Made by a program: the position numbers and the translations under genes. Below, in pieces: positions 11,413 to 20,374 of a stretch of 64,000 nt of DNA (positions within the stretch are counted from its first letter, which is position 1; every line of letters starts with the position of its first letter). The DNA comes from Solirubrobacterales bacterium. GTDB lineage: Bacteria > Actinomycetota > Thermoleophilia > Solirubrobacterales > JBBDJG01. The notes under the pieces are model-generated. The model had not been told where the DNA came from and searched no databases. It saw nothing but the letters and a program-made list of their open reading frames with translations. The stretch covers positions 948 through 64,947 of the forward strand of contig JBBQKG010000017.1 of assembly GCA_038326655.1 (NCBI GenBank). Reading direction: 5' to 3'.

Positions 11413-11715
11413 AGTCGAACATTCCGAACGAGATGATCTCGTCCTCGTCGCGGATGTTGCGGGCGTGGTAGATCCGCTGAAGGCCTGAGATGATCGTCAT
11501 GTGCTCCGCCCGTCGTTTGAAGCCGGGCGCCTGGGAGCAGTTTCGCCGCTCATGGGACCCCGGTGACGCGATGCCGCCATGACCGAAGACGAGTACGCCG
11601 CTGGCGCTCGGAGGCGGACGCGCAGGAGATGCAGCGGGTGGATTACCTTTCAGCGTTCGTAAAGAACGAGCCCGTGTCTGGGGTATACGAGGTGATCGAC
11701 GAGCTGGCCGACTAG
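11413..11715. pseudogene. Scrambled ~100-aa gene: segments A (+) and C (+), with middle segment B inverted upstream
   Basis: A 11490-11579 MIVMCSARRLKPGAWEQFRRSWDPGDAMPP; B (minus, ~11413-11487) GLQRIYHARNIRDEDEIISFGMFD; C 11579-11715 MTEDEY/RWRSEADAQEMQRVDYLSAF...ELAD-stop. Confidence 0.65.
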
Positions 11716-11844
11716 CCAGCGGCGCCGAGAGAACGGCCATGGAGCATCTCGAAGGTGGCTCATTGCCACCGGCAAGAGGCCCGGCCGGTCTGGCGGGTGC
11801 GACGATCGCCGCGACACGGCGCCTGTTCATGGAATCCTCCGAGG

Positions 11845-12444
11845 GTGAGCCGCGGACCGTATCGTCGCTGGTTGCAGGACGCAGAGCGCGTGGATGTCGC
11901 GCTCTATGCGGCGATCGCCCGCACGCCCACCCCCGCGCTCGACCGTGCCATGGGCCGGCTTTCCCGAGCGGCCGACTACTCGCGGCTCTCGATCGCCTCG
12001 GCCGCGTTGCTTGCCCTCACCGGTGGACGGCGGGGCCGTCGCGCAGCCGCATCGGGGTTGGCCTGTGTCGGCGTGACGGCGACTGTTGTCAACCTTGCGG
12101 TCAAGCCGCTCGGCCGGCGCCGGCGCCCGGATCGTGCGGCCCAGAGCGTCCCGCTGACCCGTCATGTGAGGATGCCGGCCTCGACGTCGTTCCCGTCCGG
12201 ACACTCCGCGGCAGCGTTCGCTTTCGCGACAGGGGTGGGTCAGGTGATGCCGGTGGGCGCAGTCCCGTTGCGCGCCCTCGCGACGCTGGTTTCGTACTCG
12301 CGCATCCATACCGGCGTCCACTACCCGGGCGACGTCATCAGCGGAGCGCTTCTGGGCACGGTGCTCGCGCAGATCACGGCGCAGTCCCTGGACCGGCGGC
12401 GGGAACGAGCTCGACGCGCCTTTCGTTCGCGGGCGCCGCGGTGA
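11845..12444 (+). CDS. PAP2-family phosphatase
   Basis: K......RRRP, SFPSGHSA, SRIHTGVHYPGDV. Confidence 0.9.
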   Translation: MSRGPYRRWLQDAERVDVALYAAIARTPTPALDRAMGRLSRAADYSRLSIASAALLALTGGRRGRRAAASGLACVGVTATVVNLAVKPLGRRRRPDRAAQSVPLTRHVRMPASTSFPSGHSAAAFAFATGVGQVMPVGAVPLRALATLVSYSRIHTGVHYPGDVISGALLGTVLAQITAQSLDRRRERARRAFRSRAPR

Positions 12445-12459
12445 TGTGGTGAGGATCGA

Positions 12460-13386
12460 CTGACCCGAAAATCGCTCGCGCTCCTGGCGCTCGTCGCGGT
12501 ACTCGCGGGGTCCGGCTGTGCGTGGCAGTGGTCGGTCGAGCCGAAGCCGCTTCACGGGCCTCGCTCGAAGACTTCCCACGTCGTGGTGATCGTGATGGAA
12601 AACGAGGAGTACGGGAACATCGTCAGCAACCCCGGCGCTCCCTACATCAACCGGCTCCTTCGGTCGGCCGCTCTGGCGTCGGCGTCATACGGGGTGAGCC
12701 ATCCCTCGCTTCCGAACTACCTGGCGCTCACAGGCGGCTCGACCTTCGGCATCGACTCCGACTGCACCGGCTGCCACGTGGACGCGACGAACCTCGTCGA
12801 CCAGCTCGAGGGGGCCGGGATCTCTTGGAAGGCCTACATGGAGGGTGTGCCCTCGCCCTGCTTCAAGGACAGCAGCTCTGGCGCATATGCCAAGCGGCAC
12901 AATCCGTTCGTCTACTACGACGACATCGCCTCGAACCCGGATCGCTGCGCGAAAGTGGTCCCCTTCGACAGGCTGAATGCCGACTATCGCAGGGGCAATC
13001 TCCCGGCCTTCACCTGGATCACGCCCGACCTCTGTCATGACATGCACGACTGCTCCGTCGCCGACGGGGACGAGTGGCTCTCGGAGGTGTTGCCTTCGCT
13101 CATCAGGGCACTCGGCCCGCGAGGGATCCTCTTCCTGACGTGGGATGAAGGTGACTCGGACGAAGGGTGCTGCAAGCTCGCGCGAGGGGGGCGGATCGCC
13201 ACCATCGTCGCCGGTCCGACGACGAGGGCGGGAGCGCGGTCGACCGTCCCATACGACCACTACTCGCTGCTTCGCACCGTCGAGGAGGCCTTCGGGCTGC
13301 AGCCAATCCGGGGTGCCGCCTGTCCGTGCACGCGCTCGATGGACGCGCTGTTCAAGCGTCCTCCGCGCCTCTCGTCGGCGGGCTAG
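12460..13386 (+). CDS. Secreted/lipoprotein phosphoesterase (acid phosphatase, PF04185-like)
   Basis: HVVVIVMEN, HPSLPNYLAL, RHNPF, HDMHD, TWDE, YDHYSLLRT. An in-frame signal-like stretch LTRKSLALLALVAVLAGSGC starts at CTG 12460 behind GAGGA. Confidence 0.85.
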   Translation: MTRKSLALLALVAVLAGSGCAWQWSVEPKPLHGPRSKTSHVVVIVMENEEYGNIVSNPGAPYINRLLRSAALASASYGVSHPSLPNYLALTGGSTFGIDSDCTGCHVDATNLVDQLEGAGISWKAYMEGVPSPCFKDSSSGAYAKRHNPFVYYDDIASNPDRCAKVVPFDRLNADYRRGNLPAFTWITPDLCHDMHDCSVADGDEWLSEVLPSLIRALGPRGILFLTWDEGDSDEGCCKLARGGRIATIVAGPTTRAGARSTVPYDHYSLLRTVEEAFGLQPIRGAACPCTRSMDALFKRPPRLSSAG

Positions 13387-13490
13387 GCGCGGGCGGATGC
13401 GGCAGCGATCGCTCGCGCCGCATAGCGCGGCTGGACCGCCGCTCCAAGGAGGATGGGATAGGCGTCGGCGGTCCCGGTACCGTGGGCTCG

Positions 13491-14354
13491 GTGCGAATCG
13501 CGACTTGGAACGTCAACTCGGCCAAGCAGCGTGTGGCGCGGCTGCTGCCCTGGTTGGACGAGCGGCAGCCGGACGTGGTCTGTCTGCAGGAGACCAAGCT
13601 CGCAGACGACGCGTTCGCCGACCTGCTCGGCGACGAGCTCGCCGACCGTGCCTATGCCGTTGCAGTCCATGGCGAGGCGACGTGGAACGGGGTGGCGATC
13701 CTCTCGCGGGTGGGGCTGGACGACGTGGTGGTCGGGCTCGCCGACGCGCCGGGGTTCCCGCATCCAGAGGCGCGCGCGCTGTCTGCCACCTGTGGCGGGA
13801 TCCGGGTGGTGTCGGTGTACGTACCGAACGGGCGCGTGCCGGGCTCGGAGCACTACCGGTACAAGCTCGCCTGGCTGGCTTCGCTGCGGGAGATGGTTGC
13901 CGCTGGCCCGGAGGCGACGGTCGTATCTGGCGACATGAACATCGCACCGACCGACGACGACGTGTTCGATCCAGTCGCCTACATCGGCCAGACTCACGTC
14001 ACCCCGCCCGAGCGAGCGGCGCTCGCGGAGCTACAGGCGCTCGGCTTGCGTGACGTCGTGCGCGATCGCTGGCCGAACGAGCGAGTGTTCACCTACTGGG
14101 ACTACCGGGCAGGAATGTTCCATCAGGACCTCGGGATGCGGATCGATCTGATCCTGGCCAGCCCGGCGGTCGCCGGCCGTGTTCGGGCGGCATGGGTGGA
14201 CCGGCAGGCCCGCAAGGGCAGCGGGCCGAGCGATCACGCGCCGGTGATCGTCGACCTCGACGAGGCTCCGGACGGGGACATCGGGCCAGTCGTGCTGCCG
14301 CCCTCGGCTCCGGCGGCGAAGCGCGGCTCGGCCAAGCTTCCTCACTCACCGTAA
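13491..14354 (+). CDS. xth: Exodeoxyribonuclease III
   Basis: RIATWNVNS, LQETK, VYVPNG, GDMNIA, FTYWDYR, RIDL, SDHAPV. Confidence 0.92.
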   Translation: MRIATWNVNSAKQRVARLLPWLDERQPDVVCLQETKLADDAFADLLGDELADRAYAVAVHGEATWNGVAILSRVGLDDVVVGLADAPGFPHPEARALSATCGGIRVVSVYVPNGRVPGSEHYRYKLAWLASLREMVAAGPEATVVSGDMNIAPTDDDVFDPVAYIGQTHVTPPERAALAELQALGLRDVVRDRWPNERVFTYWDYRAGMFHQDLGMRIDLILASPAVAGRVRAAWVDRQARKGSGPSDHAPVIVDLDEAPDGDIGPVVLPPSAPAAKRGSAKLPHSP

Positions 14355-14372
14355 GGGCCCGCCGCCCCGACC

Positions 14373-15440
14373 TCATTCCCGCGGGCGGTCCCGATCGCGT
14401 GAGGGCTGAACGCGCTTGGGCTCTCCCGGCATCTTCGGATAGTCGGGCGGATAAGGCATGTCGCCCCGTCCCTCGGCATCGTCGCTTTCGTACATGTCCA
14501 GCAGCGGCTGCAGCGAGTGGGCGACATCGTCGATCGCGGCATGCCGATCGCCAACCTCTGCAAAGCGCGCCGGCATCGTCGCGACTGTGAAGTCCTCGGG
14601 CGCGACTTCGGCCAGCTCGTCCCAGGTCACCGGTGCGGAGACTGGCGCACCTGCCTTCGGCCGTACGCTGTAGGCGGAGGCGATCGTGCGGTCGCGCGCA
14701 TTCTGGTTGTAGTCGATGAAGATGCGCTTGCCGCGCTCCTCCTTCCACCACTTGGTCGTCACCTGGCCTGATAGACGCCGCTCGAGCTCACGCCCGAAGG
14801 CGATCGCGGCGTGGCGGACATCGGTGAATGTCCAGCTTGGGGCGATCCGGACATATATGTGGACACCCCGGCCTCCCGAGGTCTTCGGAAAACCGATGTA
14901 TCCAAGGTCGTCCAAAAGCACGCGGGCCTCAGCGGCGACGCGCACGGCGTCGGCGAAGTCCGTGCCTGGCTGCGGGTCCAGGTCGAGGCGCAGCTCGTCG
15001 GGATGGTCGACGTCGTCGCTGCGGACCGGCCATGGATGAAACGTGATCGTGCCCATCTGCGCCGCCCAGCCGACAACGGCCACCTCCGTGGGACAAATCT
15101 CATCCGCGTGGCGACCTGACGGGAACTGGATCCGCGCCGTCTGCACATAGTCCGGAGCTCCACGTGGGATGCGTTTCTGAAAGAAAGCATCGCCGCCGCC
15201 TTTCTCCCGCGTCGAGAGGACGATGCCAGGGTGCACGCCTTTCGGCCAGCGCTCGAGCGTCGTCGGCCGCCGCCCGAGTGCACGCATGATGCCGTCGCCA
15301 ACGGCGAGGTAGTACTCGACGATGTCCAGCTTGGTGACCGCGCCCGAGCGCTCAGTGCTCGGGAAGATCACGCGATCAGGACTGGACACGCGCAACTCGC
15401 GCCCACCGGCATCGACGATGGTGGCCTCCGACGCACCCAT
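14373..15440 (-). CDS. Stand-alone LigD-type primase-polymerase (PrimPolC-like)
   Basis: TKLDIVEYY, FFQKR, LRLDLDP, PKTSGGRGVHI, KWWKEERG.RIFIDYNQNARDRT.ASAYSVR. Confidence 0.92.
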   Translation of the reverse strand: MGASEATIVDAGGRELRVSSPDRVIFPSTERSGAVTKLDIVEYYLAVGDGIMRALGRRPTTLERWPKGVHPGIVLSTREKGGGDAFFQKRIPRGAPDYVQTARIQFPSGRHADEICPTEVAVVGWAAQMGTITFHPWPVRSDDVDHPDELRLDLDPQPGTDFADAVRVAAEARVLLDDLGYIGFPKTSGGRGVHIYVRIAPSWTFTDVRHAAIAFGRELERRLSGQVTTKWWKEERGKRIFIDYNQNARDRTIASAYSVRPKAGAPVSAPVTWDELAEVAPEDFTVATMPARFAEVGDRHAAIDDVAHSLQPLLDMYESDDAEGRGDMPYPPDYPKMPGEPKRVQPSRDRDRPRE

Positions 15441-15565
15441 ACCCTGGAGTTCTACGGCAACGACGCCCCAAGCATCCTGCGAGCGATTAGTTTTTTGCCC
15501 AGTCGCCTGTCTCTATCAGCCGACCGGGCTAGCCGACGAGTATCCAAAGGAAGGGGCATGCCGAG

Positions 15566-16065
15566 ATGAACACACCGCCGAGAGTTTCGCGCCAGGAATG
15601 AGACGCCGCGCGCGAGGAGATGGTGGTGAAGGAGAAGGAGTTCACGCACGCCCGTGACGCGCTTGCCGCCGAGCGCCGACGCATGCCATGGGTGGCCGTG
15701 GACAAGGAGTATGCGTTCGACGGGCCCGGTGGCAGGGCGAGCCTGCTCGACCTGTTCGACGGGCGCCGGCAGCTGATCGTCTACCACTTCTTCTTCGAGC
15801 CGGGCGTGAAAGGTTGGCCCGAGCGTGGTTGTGGCGGCTGCTCCTTCCTCGCCGACCAGGTCGCCCACCTCGCTCACCTGAACGCGCGCGACACCACGCT
15901 CGCGTTCGTGTCGCGCGCCCCCAGGCGGACATCGAGCGGTGGAAGGCGCGGATGGGATGGGAGATGCCGTGGCACACGATCACGGACGACTTCGACTCGG
16001 ACTTCGGCGTCGACGAGTGGCACGGCACCAACGCTTCATCCGCGAGGGCGACAGCGTCTTCCGCA
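15566..16065 (+). pseudogene. DUF899 family thioredoxin-like protein, inactivated
   Basis: In-frame TGA at 15599 (QE-stop-DAARE), frameshifts near 15920 and 16035, 3' truncation. Motifs LLDLFDGRRQLIVYHF, GCGGCS, LAHLNARDTT. Confidence 0.85.
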
Positions 16066-16120
16066 GAGAATCGCCCGCTTCTCGCGCGAAGCAACAGCGG
16101 CGGTGGGATCCGGCCGCGCT

Positions 16121-16804
16121 CTACGCGGCGTCCGAACGCGCGATCGGGACCGGTCGGAGCATGACAATGCTTGCCGCGAGGACCCATAGGAGCGATGCGA
16201 GCGGGACGACGAAGCCGAAAGATCCGCCGATCGCAAAGAAGCCGGTCTTCGTAAAGAACCCGACCCCTCCAACAACGTTCAACAACGCGACCAGGAGCGC
16301 GGTCGGCGCCATCGCGCTCGGCAGCGCACGGGTCAGTGTCACTGCGACCGCCGCCCCTGCAAAAAACACGGCGAAGCCGAAGCCTGAGGCGAAGAATAGA
16401 TCGTTGGCGACGTCGTAGAGGGCGTGGTTCACGTTTGCGTCCCCGGCGTTTGCGACCTGGAACACTGCGCCGTTGAGCACCGCCGTCCCAGCTATGACCA
16501 TGCTCGTGGCGGCAACGCCGCCGGCCAGCATGGCAGACCCGGGCTGGATACCTGTCCGATCAGCGACACGGAAGTGCGTCCGCAGCGCGCCCAGGAACCC
16601 CAAGAAGAAGACGAACGCGAGACAGGTCAAGTAGTTGGCCGCGAGGATGCTCCCCCGTTTGTCGGTGAAATAGGTTGTGATCTTGGACACTTCATCCGCC
16701 TTCGGCGGCGTGCCCGGCAGGAATACCGCGACAACGCCGAGCACCACGAACACGATCCCTACGAGGCCGCCCAGGCGTCGGGCCTGATCTGTTGTCAAGG
16801 ACAT
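16121..16804 (-). CDS. Hypothetical multi-pass membrane protein
   Basis: About six hydrophobic segments; GAGAGGAG SD upstream. Confidence 0.75.
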   Translation of the reverse strand: MSLTTDQARRLGGLVGIVFVVLGVVAVFLPGTPPKADEVSKITTYFTDKRGSILAANYLTCLAFVFFLGFLGALRTHFRVADRTGIQPGSAMLAGGVAATSMVIAGTAVLNGAVFQVANAGDANVNHALYDVANDLFFASGFGFAVFFAGAAVAVTLTRALPSAMAPTALLVALLNVVGGVGFFTKTGFFAIGGSFGFVVPLASLLWVLAASIVMLRPVPIARSDAA

Positions 16805-17041
16805 CCGCAGCTCCTCTCATTCGTTTAGGCGATCATCCAGCGCCGAGCAGTGAGCGTCAAGCCGCCCGGCGGGAAGCGACAGAGCGCTGGCACAGCCCCA
16901 ACGGACAAATCACCGCCGGTGGTCGGAGCCTGCGTGCGGAACGAAATGCGCCGTCGCCGAATCACGGCTCGACACCTGCGCAGCGTATTAGGAACATTCT
17001 GTCCAGGATTCTGGCCGTTCTGCTGAGCGAGGTGCAGCGAG

Positions 17042-17392
17042 TTGAACGCCCAAGAATTGCAGAAGGCCGAGGAGGCCTTCACCTTTGCGCAGGAGGCGGT
17101 GAAGCAGATGATCACACTGTCGACTGCAGCCTTTGCTCTCACCCTCACGTTTCGCAAGGACATCGCGCCATCCGGAACGGACACAACATGTCTGGAAGTC
17201 GCTTGGGGCGCCTATCTCGTTTCGGTGCTTTTCGGCCTCTTCACCCTAATGAACCTGGCCGGGCAATTCGCTAGGAGCGCCAACCCGTCGATCTATGGCG
17301 GGGGCATCCCTGTTTGTGGAATCGTCCAAGCAGTTTCCTTTCTCACGGCTCTCGGATTCACGCTCGCATATGGGATCAGCGGAACGACCTAA
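17042..17392 (+). CDS. Hypothetical 3-TM protein, lower GC than the backbone
   Basis: KQMITLSTAAFALTLTF plus two further hydrophobic segments. Confidence 0.65.
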   Translation: MNAQELQKAEEAFTFAQEAVKQMITLSTAAFALTLTFRKDIAPSGTDTTCLEVAWGAYLVSVLFGLFTLMNLAGQFARSANPSIYGGGIPVCGIVQAVSFLTALGFTLAYGISGTT

Positions 17393-17464
17393 ACGGCGTT
17401 AGTCTGGGAGGGCCTCGTTACGCTTGGGCTCGCCTTAGTATCGTCTAAGGACGGCGCCCGATTT

Positions 17465-17487
17465 CTGTTATCACGACTGTTATCACG
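17465..17487. repeat. Direct repeat CTGTTATCACG x2, possible integrase arm-type site
   Basis: CTGTTATCACG-A-CTGTTATCACG about 70 bp beyond the tRNA 3' end. Confidence 0.7.
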
Positions 17488-17520
17488 TCCACTAATTCCG
17501 GGCAGAGTTGACAAACCGTC

Positions 17521-17550
17521 AAAAACGAAAGCCCCGCATAGCAGGGCTTT
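17521..17550 (-). terminator. Intrinsic terminator downstream of tRNA-Leu
   Basis: Minus strand AAAGCCC-loop-GGGCTTT followed by CGTTTTT. Confidence 0.7.
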
Positions 17551-17556
17551 CTCGAG

Positions 17557-17642
17557 TGCGCCCGAGAGGATTCGAACCTCCACGACCTATTCGGGTCACA
17601 AGGCCCTCAACCTTGCGCGTCTACCAGTTCCGCCACGGGCGC
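17557..17642 (-). tRNA. tRNA-Leu (anticodon GAG), CCA not encoded
   Basis: GCGCCCG acceptor stem, anticodon arm CAAGG-TTGAGGG-CCTTG, long variable arm, GGTTCGAATCC T-arm. Confidence 0.96.
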
Positions 17643-17716
17643 TCGGCAGGCGATTATAGCCCCGGGGCCCCGGCCGCCCGGATGCCTTGATGCCGTCCAT
17701 CGGGGCCGCTACTCTA

Positions 17717-17730
17717 CGAACAAGTGTTCG
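17717..17730 (+). promoter_or_regulatory. SOS box (LexA operator)
   Basis: CGAAC-AAGT-GTTCG, a perfect Gram-positive/actinobacterial consensus, just downstream of TACTCT -10 and upstream of lexA. Confidence 0.92.
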
Positions 17731-17762
17731 AATGATCCACCGGCTCCGGAGGACCGTGATCG

Positions 17763-18374
17763 ATGGTTGACCTGAAGATGACGAAGCGCCAGCAGGAGAT
17801 CTTCGACTTCATCAAGCGGTATGCATCGAGGTACGGCTATCCACCGACGGTGCGGGAGATCGGGAAGGCGGTCGGCCTCGCATCGTCGTCGACCGTTCAC
17901 GCGCACCTCGCGAACCTCGAGAAGTCCGGGCTGCTTCGCCGCAACCCGGCCAAGCCGCGTGCGATCGAGGTGATGTTCGACAAGGCCAAGAAGGTGGTCA
18001 CGAACGAGGGCCTGCCGCTGGTCGGCCAGGTCGCCGCCGGGCAGCCGATCCTCGCCGAGGAGAACATCGAGGAGTACGTCAGCGTGCCGGACGCGGCGGG
18101 CGGTGACCAGGGGGACTACATCCTGCGCGTCGCGGGCGAAAGCATGCGCGATGCCGGCATTCTGGCCGGCGATTACGTGGTCGTGTGCCGCCAGGACGTC
18201 GCACTGGACGGCGACATCGTGGTCGCGATGGTCGGGGAGGACGCGACCGTCAAGCGTTTCTTTCGAGAGCGCGACCACATTCGTCTCCAGCCGGAGAACC
18301 AGGAGATGGAGCCGATCCGGAGCGCCGACGTGCGCGTGATCGGCAAGGTCGTGGGGGTCTTCAGGAGGATCTGA
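17763..18374 (+). CDS. lexA: SOS repressor LexA
   Basis: GYPPTVREIG, VAAG cleavage site, GESM catalytic Ser, ATVKR catalytic Lys. Confidence 0.97.
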   Translation: MVDLKMTKRQQEIFDFIKRYASRYGYPPTVREIGKAVGLASSSTVHAHLANLEKSGLLRRNPAKPRAIEVMFDKAKKVVTNEGLPLVGQVAAGQPILAEENIEEYVSVPDAAGGDQGDYILRVAGESMRDAGILAGDYVVVCRQDVALDGDIVVAMVGEDATVKRFFRERDHIRLQPENQEMEPIRSADVRVIGKVVGVFRRI

Positions 18375-18592
18375 TGCCGGCGCTCGAGGAACTCGCGACG
18401 AACGCCCGCACGGCGGGTCGCCTGTTCGGCGATGCCGAGCGCACGCTAGACGACCTCGTGACGCGGGTGCTGTACGACGCGTCGCGTGGCGACGCTCCGC
18501 GCTGCCCGGTCTGCGGCCTTCCCGCGCTGTCGCCCGAGCGCGAAGACGTGCTTGGGTGCAGCTCCTGCGGCAGCCGGCTGGAACCTGCCTAG
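18374..18592 (+). CDS. Small zinc-ribbon protein coupled to lexA
   Basis: ATG overlaps the lexA TGA, AGGAGG SD; CPVC...CSSC; 72 aa. Confidence 0.75.
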   Translation: MPALEELATNARTAGRLFGDAERTLDDLVTRVLYDASRGDAPRCPVCGLPALSPEREDVLGCSSCGSRLEPA

Positions 18593-18631
18593 CCCTACCG
18601 TCGAGCTCGCCGCGCGTCCGCGTCCGCGACA

Positions 18632-19867
18632 ATGAGCGCGATGCGCAGTCGCGCCCGCTCGTCGCCTGGACCCGCAGTGCCGCGCGAAGCGTGGCTGCGG
18701 CTCGCCGCCTGTGCCGCCGCCGCCGCGCTCCTGCAAATGGACGGCACGATCGTTACCGTCGCGTTGCCCTCGGTCGGCCGCGAGCTCGAGACCGGCTCCC
18801 ACACCCTTTCGTGGGTGCTCACCGCTTATTTCCTCTCCTACGGCGTGATGCTCTTCCCCGGGGGCTCGCTGGTGGACCGGATCGGTTCGCGGCGGGTCGC
18901 GCTCTACGGCCTCGCGGTGTTCGCGGCCGGCGCGGCGTTCGGTGCGCTCGCGGGCAACTTCGGCGTGCTGGTCGCCTCGCGGGTTGTGCAGGGCGTGGGT
19001 GCCGGGCTGGTCAGCCCGGCGTCACTGGCCGGCGCCGTCTCCGGCTTTCCGGCCGAGCGAAGAGGCTCGGCACTCGGCCTGTGGGGCGCCAGCTCGGGAA
19101 TGGCGAACCTCGTCGGACCTCTCGTTGGCGGCCTGCTCACGGTCGTGATCGACTGGCGCGCGTGCTGGTGGTTCTTCATTCCCGCGAGCGCCGCCGTCGC
19201 CTGGGCGATCCGCCGCTTCGTGCCGAGAGCGATCCACGGCGACGAGAGCCCCGACACCGCGGGCCTTCGTCAGCGCGTGATCGCGGCCGCGGCCGTCGTC
19301 GCGGCGCTCACGTTCGTGGTCATGATCGGTGCCTTCTACCTGGCGCAGCAGTACCTCCAGGTGGCGGCCGGATACTCGGCGCTCGGTGCCGCCGCCGCAC
19401 TCACGCTGATCGCCGTGCTGGTCGGCGTCGCCGCACCGCTTGCAGGGATCCTTGCCGACCAGCGCGGGGAGGGGCCGACCCTGATCGCGGGCTTTCTGCT
19501 GACGGCGCTTGCGCTCGGGCTCCTGGGAATTCCCGGCGTGCCGCTCGAGGGCCCCGGTGCGCTGCCGCTGCTGGTGCCGTTCGGGCTCGGCATCGGGCTG
19601 CTGTTCGTGCCGGCCTCTCGGGCGGCGCTGAACGCCGTCCCCCAGGCCAAGCACGGCCGCGTGTCCTCGCTGCTGTCGACCTGCCGCCTGCTGGGCGCGG
19701 CGCTCGGCGCGGGGCTCGCCGGCGTGGCGCTCTCCGGAGGCGTGACCGCGCCACACGTGCGCATCGCGATGCTCTGCGGGGCGGGCCTCTGCCTCGCGAT
19801 CGGCCTGCCCGCCGCGGCGGAGCTCTCGCCGCGTCGCAGGCGCTCGCCCGCGCGCCCCGCCGCATGA
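18632..19867 (+). CDS. MFS transporter (drug:H+ antiporter-like)
   Basis: VTVALPS, GSLVDRIGSRR, RVVQGVGAG motifs; ~12 TM. Confidence 0.9.
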   Translation: MSAMRSRARSSPGPAVPREAWLRLAACAAAAALLQMDGTIVTVALPSVGRELETGSHTLSWVLTAYFLSYGVMLFPGGSLVDRIGSRRVALYGLAVFAAGAAFGALAGNFGVLVASRVVQGVGAGLVSPASLAGAVSGFPAERRGSALGLWGASSGMANLVGPLVGGLLTVVIDWRACWWFFIPASAAVAWAIRRFVPRAIHGDESPDTAGLRQRVIAAAAVVAALTFVVMIGAFYLAQQYLQVAAGYSALGAAAALTLIAVLVGVAAPLAGILADQRGEGPTLIAGFLLTALALGLLGIPGVPLEGPGALPLLVPFGLGIGLLFVPASRAALNAVPQAKHGRVSSLLSTCRLLGAALGAGLAGVALSGGVTAPHVRIAMLCGAGLCLAIGLPAAAELSPRRRRSPARPAA

Positions 19868-19889
19868 ATTGCACGGCTAGAATGAAAGG

Positions 19890-20275
19890 TGCAGACCGAG
19901 CAGCCGCGAGAGCGCCGACTGCCGGCCTGAAAAGGTCGAGGAGGTGAGCTTTCGAGGAAAGTCCGGACACCACAGGGCAGGGTGGTCGGTAGCGCCGACC
20001 CGGGGAAACCCGAGGGAAAGTGCCACAGAAACGACACCGCCCAAGTCGTGCCGTCCCACGTGAACGGCTCGACCGGCAAGGGTGAAATGGTGCGGTAAGA
20101 GCGCACCGGCGCCGTGGTGACACGACGCGTCAGAGGTAAACCCCACCTGGTGCAAGGCCAAGCAGGACCGTCAAGAGGTTGCCCGCCCAGGTCCAGGTAG
20201 GCCGCTGGAGGCCGGCGGAGACGCCGGCCCTAGATAGATGGTTGCTCGAGACAGAATCCGGCTTACAGGTCTGCT
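19890..20275 (+). ncRNA. rnpB: RNase P RNA, bacterial type A
   Basis: GAGGAAAGTCCG, GAAAGTGCCACAGAAA, GGTAAGAGCGCACC, ACAGAATCCGGCTTA; P1 GCAGACC/GGTCTGC; TAGAAT -10 upstream. Confidence 0.97.
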
Positions 20276-20278
20276 ACG

Positions 20279-20310
20279 GGAAGGGCCCCCTCGGCGAGGG
20301 GGCCCTTTCT
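20279..20310 (+). terminator. Terminator hairpin after rnpB
   Basis: AAGGGCCCCCTC-GGC-GAGGGGGCCCTT stem followed by TCT. Confidence 0.8.
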
Positions 20311-20374
20311 ATGCAATGGGTAGAGTGAAGAAAGACGCCTTTTTGTCCGCCAGGAGCCTGCTAGGAGGCCGCGC

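Noticed and set aside
14373-15440. Primase-polymerase as a sign of a prophage or plasmid replicon
   Set aside because: The motifs match the chromosomal LigD/PrimPolC repair family; no phage or replication genes nearby
15599-15601. In-frame TGA in DUF899 as selenocysteine or recoding
   Set aside because: It falls at a likely Trp position and the same gene has two frameshifts and a truncation; simple pseudogenisation
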